Origin: Cyanophora paradoxa CCMP329
Taxonomy: Eukaryota > Plantae > Glaucophyta
Direction of reading: 5' to 3'
Assembly: GCA_004431415.1 (NCBI GenBank)
Contig: QPMI01000390.1
Span: 1 to 21,217 of the forward strand
DNA length: 21,217 nucleotides
In this document: piece by piece, positions 1-9,889 of the stretch
Layout: the number at the start of each line of letters is the position of its first letter
Position numbering within the stretch: the first letter of the stretch is position 1
The notes under the pieces: generated by a model
What the model was told of the DNA's origin: nothing
Databases searched by the model: none
Seen by the model: only the letters and a program-made list of their open reading frames with translations
Translations under genes and position numbers: made by a program

Positions 1-3000
1 AGATGACCCCCCACCAGCAAGTCACTCAGTCGAAGGCCCCAGGTTCAGGATCTGTGACAAATCAAAGAAGATGCACCCAAATCCTCGGGGGAATATGCAC
101 AAGGTGCTAGCCTTAGGCAGATGACCACCTAAAAGAAGTCACCGTCACCCCAGAATCTCTCTGGGGAATATGCACAAGCGCTAGCCTTAGAGTGACCCAC
201 CACAGAAGTACTCAGCAAGGCAGTCATGCACAATCAGAAAGTGCTCAACCTTGGGATATGCAAGTCACTGCAGATACCCACCAGGTCCTCGTCAGGCCGT
301 TTCCAATCAGCCACAAAATCGAAGAAAGATGCACCCCAAATCTCTCTGGGGGAATATGCACAAGATGCTTGCTTTAGGAAGATGACCCACCCACCAGCAA
401 GTCACTCAGTCGAAGGCCCCAGGTTCAGGATCTGTGACAAAATCAAAGAGAGATGCACCCCAAATCTCTCCGGGGGAATATGCACAAGGTGCTAGCCTTA
501 GGCAGATGACCCACCTAAAAGCAAGTCACTCAGTCAAAGGCCCCAGGTTTCCAATCTGCCAGAAAAAAGAAGAAAGATGCACCCCAAATCTCTCTGGGGG
601 AATATGCACAAGGCGCTAGCCTTACGAAGATGACCCACCCACCAGAAAGTCACTCAGTCGAAGGCCCCAGGTTTCCGATCCGCCACAAAATCGCAGAAAG
701 ATGCACTCCAAATCTCTCTGGGGGAATATGCACAAGGTGCTAGCCTTAGGCAGATGACCCACCCACCCGCAAGTCACTCAGTCGAAGGCCCCAAGTTCAG
801 GATCTGTGAAAAAATCAAAGAAAGATGCACCCCAAATCTCTCTGGGGGAATATGCACAAGTTGCTAGCCTTACGCAGATTACCCACCTAAATGCAAGTCA
901 CTCAGTCAAAGGCCCCAGGTTTCCTATCTGCCAGAGAAAAGAAGAAAGATGCACCCCAAATCTCTCTGGGGGAATATGCACAAGGCGCTAGCCTTAGGCA
1001 GATGAACCCACCCACCACCAAGTCACTCAATCGAAGGCCCCAGGTTCAGGATCTGTGACAAAATCAAAGAGAGATGCACCCCAAATCTCTCTGGGGGAAT
1101 ATGCACAAGGTGCTAGCCTTAGGCAGATGACCCACCTAAAAGCAAGTCACTCAGTCAAAGGCCCCAGGTTTCCAATCTGCCAGAAAAAAGAAGAAAGATG
1201 CACCCCAAATCTCTCTGGAGGAATATGCACAAGGCGCTAGCCTTAGGCAGATGACCCACCCACCAGCAAGTCACTCATCAAAGGCCCCAGGTTTCCAATC
1301 TGCCAGAAAAAAGAAGAAAGATGCACACCAAATCTCTCTGGGGGAATATGCCCAAGGCGCTAGCCTTACGAAGATGACCCACCCACCAGAAAGTCACTCA
1401 GTCGAAGGCCCCAGGTTCAGGATCTGTGAAAAAATCAAAGAAAGATGCACCCCAAATCTCTCTGGGGGAATATGCACAAGGTGCTAGCCTTAGGCAGTTG
1501 ACCCACCTAAATGCAAGTCACTCAGTCAAAGGCCCCAGGTTTCCAATCTGCCAGAAAAAAGAAGAAAGATGCACCGCAAATCTCTCTGGGGGAATATGCA
1601 CAAGGTGCTAGCTTTAGGAAGATGACCCACCCACCAGCAAGTCACTCAGTCGAAGGCCCCAGGTTTCCAATCTGCCAGAAAATAGAAAAAGGATGCACCC
1701 CAAATCTCTCTGGGGGAAAATGCACAAGGCGCTAGCCTTAGGCAGATGAACCCACCCACCACCAAGTCACTCAATCGAAGGCCCCAGGTTCAGGATCTGT
1801 GACAAAATCAAAGAGAGATGCACCCCAAATCTAACTGGGGGAATATGCACAAGGTGCTAGCCTTAGGCAGATGACCCACCTAAAAGCAAGTCACTCAGTC
1901 AAAGGCCCCAGGTTTCCAATCTGCCAGAAAAAAGAAGAAAGATGCACCCCAAATCTCTCTGGGGGAATATGCACAAGGCGCTAGCCTTAGGCAGATGACC
2001 CACCCACCGCAAGTCACTCAGTCAAAGGCCCCAGGTTTCCAATCTGCCAGAAAAAAGAAGAAAGATGCACCCCAAATCTCTCTGGGGGAATATGCCCAAG
2101 GCGCTAGCCTTACGAAGATGACCCACCCACCAGAAAGTCACTCAGTCGAAGGCCCCAGGTTCAGGATCTGTGAAAAAATCAAAGAAAGATGCACCCCAAA
2201 TCTCTCTGGGGGAATATGCACAAGGTGCTAGCCTTAGGCAGTTGACCCAACTATATGCAAGTCACTCAGTCAAAGGCCCCAGGTTTCCAATCTGCCAGAA
2301 AAAGAAGAAAGATGCACCGCAAATCTCTCTGGGGGAATATGCACAAGGTGCTAGCTTTAGGAAGATGACCCACCCACCAACAAGTCACTCAGTCGAAGGC
2401 CCCAGGTTCAGGATCTGTGACAAAATCAAAGAGAGATGCACCCCAAATCTCTCTGGGGGAATATGCACAAGGTGCTAGCCTTAGGCAGATGACCCACCCA
2501 CCAGCAAGTCACTCAGTCGAAGGCCCCAGGTTTCCAATCTGCCAGAAAATAGAAAAAGGATGCACCCCAAATCTCTCTGGGGGAATATGCACAAGGCGCT
2601 AGCCTTAGGCAGATGAACCCACCCACCACCAAGTCACTCAATCGAAGGCCCCAGGTTCAGGATCTGTGACAAAATCAAAGAGAGATGCACCCCAAATCTC
2701 TCTGGGGGAATATGCACAAGGTGCTAGCCTTAGGCAGATTACCCACCTAAATGCAAGTCACTCAGTCAAAGGCCCAATGTTTCCTATCTGCCAGAGAAAA
2801 GAAGAAAGATGCACCCCAAATCTCTCTGGGGGAATATGCACAAGGCGCTAGCCTTAGGCAGATGAACCCACCCACCACCAAGTCACTCAATCGAAGGCCC
2901 CAGGTTCAGGATCTGTGACAAAATCAAAGAGAGATGCACCCCAAATCTCTCTGGGGGAATATGCACAAGGTGCTAGCCTTAGGCAGATGACCCACTTAAA

Positions 3001-6000
3001 AGCAAGTCACTCAGTCAAAGGCCCCAGGTTTCCAATCTGCCAGAAAAAAGAAGAAAGATGCACCCCAAATCTCTCTGGGGGAATATGCACAAGGCGCTAG
3101 CCTTAGGCAGATGACCCACCCACCCTCAAGTCACTCAGTCAAAGGCCCCAGGTTTCCAATCTGCCAGAAAAAAGAAGAAAGATGCACCCCAAATCTCTCT
3201 GGGGGAATATGCCCAAGGCGCTAGCCTTAGGCAGATGAACCCACCCACCACCAAGTCACTCAGTCAAAGGCCCCAGGTTTCCGATCCGCCACAAAATCGC
3301 AGAAAGATGCACTCCAAATCTCTCTGGGGGAATATGCACAAGGTGCTAGCCTTAGGCAGATGACCCACCCACCCGCAAGTCACTCAGTGGAAGGCCCCAA
3401 GTTCAGGATCTGTGAAAAAATCAAAGAAAGATGCACCCCAAATCTCTCTGGGGGAATATGCACAAGTTGCTAGCCTTACGCAGATTACCCACCTAAATGC
3501 AAGTCACTCAGTCAAAGGCCCCATGTTTCCTATCTGCCAGAGAAAAGAAGAAAGATGCACCCCAAATCTCTCTGGGGGAATATGCACAAGGCGCTAGCCT
3601 TAGGCAGATGAACCCACCCACCACCAAGTCACTCAATCGAAGGCCCCAGGTTCAGGATCTGTGACACAATCAAAGAGAGATGCACCCCAAATCTCTCTGG
3701 GGGAATATGCACAAGGTGCTAGCCTTAGGCAGATGACCCACCCACCAGCAAGTCACTCAATCAAAGGCCCCAGGTTTCCAATCTGCCAGAAAAAAGAAGA
3801 AAGATGCACCGCAAATCTCTCTGGGGGAATATGCACAAGTAGCCTTAGGCAGATGACCCACCTAAATGCAAGTCACTCAGTCAACGGCCCCAGGTTTCCA
3901 ATCTGCCAGAAAAAAGAAGAAAGATGCACCCCAAATCTCTCTGGGGGAATATGCCCAAGGCGCTAGCCTTAGGAAGATGACCCACCCACCAGCAAGTCAC
4001 TCAATCGAAGGCCCCAGGTTCAGGATCTGTGACAAAATCAAAGAGAGATGCACCCCAAATCTCTCTGGGGGAATATGCACAAGGTGCTAGCCTTAGGCAG
4101 ATGACCCACCTAAAAGCAAGTCACTCAGTCAAAGGCCCCAGGTTTCCAATCTGCCAGAAAAAAGAAGAAAGATGCACCCCAAATCTCTCTGGGGGAATAT
4201 GCACAAGGCGCTAGCCTTAGGCAGATGACCCACCCACCAGCAAGTCACTCAGTCAAAGGCCCCAGGTTTCCAATCTGCCAGAAAAAAGAAGAAAGATGCA
4301 CACCAAATCTCTCTGGGGGAATATGCCCAAGGCGCTAGCCTTACGAAGATGACCCACCCACCAGAAAGTCACTCAGTCGAAGGCCCCAGGTTCAGGATCT
4401 GTGAAAAAATCAAAGAAAGATGCACCCCAAATCTCTCTGGGGGAATATGCACAAGGTGCTAGCCTTAGGCAGATGACCCACCCACCAGCAAGTCACTCAG
4501 TCGAAGGCCCCAGGTTTCCAATCAGCCACAAAATCGAAGAAAGATGCACCCCAAATCTCTCTGGGGGAATATGCACAAGGTGCTAGCCTTAGGAAGATGA
4601 CCCACCCACCAGCAAGTCACTCAGTCGAAGGCCCCAGGTTCAGGATCTGTGACAAAATCAAAGAGAGATGCACCCCAAATCTCTCTGGGGGAATATGCAC
4701 AAGGCGCTAGCCTTAGGCAGATGACCCACCCACCCGCAAGTCACTCAGTCAAAGGCCCCAGGTTTCCAATCTGCCAGAAAAAAGAAGAAAGATGCACCCC
4801 AAATCTCTTTGGGGAATATGCCCAAGGCGCTAGCCTTAGGAAGATGACCCACCCACCAGCAAGTCACCCAGTCAAAGGCCCCAGGTTTCTCATCTGCCAC
4901 AAAATCGCAGAAAGATGCACCCCAAATCTCTCTGGGGGAATATGCACAAGTTGCAAGCCTTAGGCAGATGACCCACCCACCCGCAAGTCACTCAGTCAAA
5001 GGCCCCAGGTTTCCAATCTGCCAGAAAAAAGAAGAAAGATGCACCCCAAATCTCTTTGGGGGAATATGCCCAAGGCGCTAGCCTTAGGCAGATGCCCCAC
5101 CCACCCGCAAGTCACTCAGTCGAAGGCGCCAGGTTTCTGATCTGCCACAAAATAGAAGGATGCACCCCAAATCTCTCTGGGGGAATATGCACAGGGCGCT
5201 AGCCTTAGGCAGGTGAACCCACCCAACAGCAAGTCACTCAGTCGGAGGCCCCAGGTTTCTGATCTGTCAAAAAATAGACAATGGATGCTTCCCAAATCTC
5301 TCCGGGGAATATGCACAAGGCGCTAGCCTTAGGAAGATGAACCCACCCACCAGCACAGCAATCAGTTGAAGGCCGCAGGTTTCCGATCCACCACAAAATT
5401 GAAGACAAATGCACCCCAAATTTCTCTGGGGGAATATGAATAAGGCGCTAGCATAAGGAAGATGAACTCACCCACCAGCAAGCCACTCAGTCAAAGGCCC
5501 CAGGTTTCCGATCCCCCACAAAATAGGAGAAAGATGCATCCGAAATCTCTCTGGGGGAATATGCACAAGGCGCTAGCCTTAGGCAGATGGCCTACCCACC
5601 GGCAAATCACTCAGTTGGAGGCCCCAGGTTTCTGATCTGTCAAGAAATAGAAGATGGATGCTTCCCAAATCTCTCGGGGGGAATATGCACAAGGCGCTAG
5701 CCTTAGGAAGATGAACCCACCCACCAGCAAGTCAATCAGTCGAAGGCAGCAGGTTTCTGATCTGTGACAAAAAAGAAGAAAGATGCACCCCAAATCTCAC
5801 TGGGGGAATATGCACAAGGCGCTAGAAAGTCGCCAGAAAATACAAGAAAGATGCACCCCAAATCTCTCTGGGGGAATATGCACAAGCCCGCTAGCCTTAG
5901 GCAGATGGCCTACCCACTGGCAAATCACTCAGTCGAAGGCCGCAGGTTTCTGATCTGTGACAAAAAGAAGAAAGATGCACCCCAAATCTCTCTGGGGGAA

Positions 6001-8065
6001 TATGCACAAGGCGCTGGCCTTAGGAAGATGAACCCACCCACCAGCAAGCCACTCAGTCAAAGGCCCCAGGTTTCCTATCTGCCACAAAATAGAAGAAGGA
6101 TGCACCCCAAATCTCTCTGGGGGAATATGCACAAGGCGCTAGCCTTAGGCAGATGGCCAACCCACTGGCAAATCACTCAGTTGGAGGCCCCAGGTTTCTG
6201 ATCTGTCAAAAAAAAGAATATGGATGCTTCTCAAATCTCTCCGGGAGAATATGCACAAGGCGCTAGCCTTAGGAAGATGAACCCACCCACCAGCAAGTCA
6301 ATCAGTCGAAGGCCGCAGGTTTCTGATCTGTGACAAAAAAGAAGAAAGATGCACCCCAAATCTCTCTGGGGGAATATGCACAAGGCGCTAGCAAGTGGCC
6401 AGCAAATACAAGAAAGATGCACCCCAAATTTCTCTGGGGGAATATGCACAAGGCGCTAGCCTTAGGCAGATAGCCTACCCACTGGCAAATCACTCAGTCG
6501 AAGGCCGCAGGTTTCTGATCTGTGACAAAAAGAAGAAAGATGCACCCCAAATCTCTCTGGGGCAATATGCACAAGGTGCTAGCCTTAGGCAGATGAACCC
6601 ACCCACCAGCAAGCCAATCAGTCGAAGGCTCCAGGTTTCCAATCTGCCACAAAATAGAAGAAGGATGCACTCCTCATCTCTCTGGGGGAACATGCATAAG
6701 GCGTAAGCCTTAGGCAGATGGCCTACCCATCAGCAAGTCAGTCAGTGAAAGGCCCCAGGTTTCCGATCAGCCACAAAAAAGGAGAAAGATGCATCCGAAA
6801 TCTCTCTGGGGGAATATGCACAAGGCGCTAGCATTAGGAAGATGAACCCACCCACCAGCAAGCCACTCAGTCAAAGGCCCCAGGTTTCTGATCTGCCACA
6901 AAATAGAAGAAGGATGCACCCCAAATCTCTCTGGGGGAATATGCACAAGGCGCTAGCCTTAGGCAGATGACCCACCCACCAGCAAGTCACTCAGTCGAAG
7001 GCCCCAGGTTTCCAATCTGCCAGAAAATAGAAGAAGGATGCACCCCGAATCTCTCTGGGGGAATATGCACAAGGCGCTAGCCTTAGGCAGATAGCCTACC
7101 CACTGGCAAATCACTCAGTCAAAGGCCCCAGGTTTCCGATCAGCCACAAAAAAGGAGAAAGATGCATCCGAAAACTCTCTGGGGGAATATGCACAGGGGG
7201 CTAGCATTAGGAAGATGAACCCACCCACCAGCAAGCCACTCAGTCAAAGGCCCCAGGTTTCTGATCTGCCACAAAATAGAAGAAGGATGCACCCCAAATC
7301 TCTCTGGGGGAATATGCACAGGGCGCTAGCCTTAGGCAGATGAACCCACCCAACAGCAAGTCACTCAGTCGGAGGCCCCAGGTTTCTGATCTGTCAAAAA
7401 ATAGACAATGGATGCTTCCCAAATCTCTCCGGGGAATATGCACAAGGCGCTAGCCTTAGGCAGATGCCCCATCCACCAGCAAGTCACTCAGTCAAAGGCC
7501 CCAGGTTTCCGATCTGCCACAAAATAGAAGAAGGATGCACTTCAAATCTCTTTGGGGAATATGCACAAGGCGCTAGCCTTAGGCAGATGACCCACCCACC
7601 AGCAAGTCACTCAGTCGAAGGCCCCAGGTTTCCGATCTGCCACAAAATAGAAGAAAGATGCACTTCAAATCTCTCTGGGGGAATATGCACAAGGCGCTAG
7701 CGTTACGCAGATGACCCTCCCAAAAGCAAGACACTCAGTTAAAGGCCCCAGGTTTCCGATCTGCCAGAAAATAGAAGAAAGATGCACCCCAAATCTCTTT
7801 GGGGGAATATGCACAAGGCGCTAGCCTTAGGCAGATGACCCACCCACCAGCAAGTCACTCAGTTGAAGGCCCCAGGTTTCCGATCTGCCACAAAATAGAA
7901 GAAGGATGCTCCCGAAATCTCTCTTGGGGAATATGCACAAGGCACTAGCCTTAGGCTGATGACCCACCCACCAGCAAGTCACTCAGTCAAAGGCTCCAGG
8001 TTTCCGATCTGCCACAAAATAGAAGAAGGATGCACCCCAAATCTCTTTCGGGAAATATGCACAAG
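1..8065 (+). repeat. 124-bp tandem satellite array, left arm (~65 monomers, runs off the window edge)
   Basis: Head-to-tail monomer AGATGACCCACCCACCAGCAAGTCACTCAGTCGAAGGCCCCAGGTTTCCGATCTGCCACAAAATAGAAGAAAGATGCACCCCAAATCTCTCTGGGGGAATATGCACAAGGCGCTAGCCTTAGGC, counted as 124 nt (125 in GATGAACCC variants). It recurs continuously up to ...TATGCACAAG at 8065. Confidence 0.98.
5090..7460 (+). repeat. Diverged satellite subfamily block with a ~566-bp 5-mer unit containing a 68-bp truncated monomer
   Basis: Block-specific variants: GCCTACCCACTGGCAAATCAC, ATGGATGCTTC, GAAGGCCGCAGG, GCAAGCCACTC. AGATGCACC at 5781 and 5849 are only 68 bp apart. The unit repeats at offset 566 (5764 vs 6330). Confidence 0.85.
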
Positions 8066-8736
8066 GCCTCGATTTGATCCAGCCGGGACACTTCACCTGC
8101 ATTACCACGGCCCGCGAGCACTTCCTTAAGCTTGGTTTCGTATAGATATTGATTCAAATAACTTAGGTACCGGAGCTCGCAGGCAGCAGAGCATTGGAAC
8201 TGCTCCTGCATTACAGGATCTGCTGGCTGAGGCCTGAATTGCATGATCATGTTTTTTCTGATTGACACGGCGCGAATCACCCACTGAGAACTTCATATTC
8301 GGAAAGAGCACCCTTCAATTAGTCTATGTACTAATTTATAGCTTCAGAGCACGTTCCGGGAATGAGAAACTCTGCCCATAAACTCAAAACAGCATCATGA
8401 GTTCACGAGTTTGATCATCATGATTGCAAATGCCACGAAGCAAGGCGCGTTCCCGGAACAAGTTATAAAGCTGGAAATTTGTATACAGGGTATATTGAAG
8501 CTGCTCTTTCCGAATATGAAGTTGTTAGTTAGTGATTCGCACCCTGTCGACCGCAAGCACTAATCCAGCCAGCAGGTTCCGTATGATGAGATACAGGAGT
8601 GGTTCCAGGTCTCTACACATGATGGGCTCCGGTCCAAAAACCATCCATATTATAGTTCACAAGATGCAAGGCTTAAACGAGGCCTCGCGGGCCGTGGTAA
8701 TGCAGGCGGGGATCCCCCACTGGATCAAATCGAGGC
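8066..8736. mobile_element. 671-bp foldback / long inverted-repeat element (MITE-like, class unassigned)
   Basis: Perfect inverted blocks: 8066-8082/8720-8736 (17 bp), 8096-8118/8684-8706 (23 bp), 8289-8310/8502-8523 (22 bp), 8353-8362/8450-8459 (10 bp), with weaker pairing between them. The palindrome is certain. Mobility is inferred and no convincing TSD is present. Confidence 0.7.
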
Positions 8737-9460
8737 AGATCCCGAGCGCGGCTGGATCGGCGACTCTCTGTTCGAATATCAAATAGTACACACTCTACAC
8801 GACATCTACGCCTACCGACGCGCGCCAGGCGGAAAGGGCCTACGAGCTCCTGCTGATCCCAAGGCCCCCCCTAACCAGTTGCTGCCGCCGCGCTCCGCTG
8901 GAACCGCGGCGCCGGGCGCCGCGCTCCGCGCCCGGATAGCCGCACTCAAGGAGCGCACGCCGCGCGCCACGGAGCCGCCCGCCAGCGAGACCGCGCCCTG
9001 GGCGGCCACATCCAGAGAGGCGGGGCCGGCGGCGCCGAGGGCTGCCCGGCGGAAGATCTGATCCTGAGCGGCGTTTTCGTGAGCACTCAGGGCATAGATC
9101 CAGGCGGCGCGCAGCGACTCGGGCGAGGACGCACGGGCGCGGCCGCGGGACCGAGAATGCGCGGCGGTGTTCGACCCGCGGGCACCCCGGCTGCCTGCGC
9201 GGGCCGTGAGCGTTCTCGTCGGAGTCCGTGCATCTCAGAAAGAGCTTCTGCGCGACAGGCGGCGGGCTGGTCCGCACCTGGCGCTCGGCGTTCGACTTCT
9301 CCCGAGGCCGGTCGCGGCGCAGGTGCGTGGGTGGCCGCGGAGACACTAGCTACGAGAGCTCCGGAGATCTCCGACGACAGTGCCGCTCGCTGGACGCGTG
9401 CCGCCCTCGCGTGTCGGCCGCATGCGCGGGCTTGCCGCCGCCGGGGCGCTAGGCAAAGGC

Positions 9461-9889
9461 GCAGCTGTAGCTAGCTAGTGCTGAGCGCGCGGCTCTGCAT
9501 CTCGCAGCGCTCCTAGCTAGTGGGCCTGCGACTTCGCCGCGCGGCTGCCGCCGTGCATGCACGTAGCCCTGTTCCAGGTTGCTAGCCTGCAGCAGGCCTA
9601 GCCCACGCTAATGAATTCGCACACACCGAGACAAATGGCTAGAGATATAACTGAGGTGTCCATCTGTGTCAAGTCGAGAGATGAGCCTACGGGACTAAGC
9701 CTTTCGGACATCGGACCGGGTGGAGCTCGGATATGAAAGTAACTGAAGACGCTACCCCGGGAACTAAGTCTAGCCTAGTAGTAGAGCTGCAGCACAGGAA
9801 AGATCCTACGCGGGAGAGGGAGTGGCTACCCGGGGACGAGAGTAGAAATCAGAGGTGGGCAGCGAAGTGAGCTGCAGCTGTAGCTAGCT
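9461..9889 (+). repeat. 16-bp perfect direct repeat GCAGCTGTAGCTAGCT at 9461-9476 and 9874-9889
   Basis: Read directly; 397 bp between the copies. Confidence 0.7.
9590..9603 (+). repeat. Candidate TSD, left copy (CAGCAGGCCTAGCC)
   Basis: Identical 14-mer at 18040-18053 in the same orientation, bracketing the LINE. Confidence 0.45.

Noticed and set aside
192-7700. Dozens of 60-145 aa ORFs (e.g. MTKSKRDAPQISLGEYAQG...) here and at 18901-20941
   Set aside because: They are translations of the 124-bp satellite. The monomer length is not a multiple of 3, so the frames cycle and stop.
1-8065. CRISPR-like array
   Set aside because: There are no unique spacers (the whole monomer repeats), no cas genes, and the context is a eukaryotic LINE.
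1-8065. rRNA gene call from the 16S-like motif
   Set aside because: Similarity covers only part of each monomer. It is kept as a speculative finding, not a feature.
8064-8738. AG dinucleotide on both sides of the foldback as a TSD, and AGGCAGAT at its right end as resumed satellite
   Set aside because: Too short to distinguish from chance, and the downstream sequence is not satellite.
9050-9100. SDPERRFREH, reminiscent of the GIY-YIG helix motif
   Set aside because: No upstream GIY/YIG strands (the frame reads RGLPGGR), and the frame closes at ~9209.
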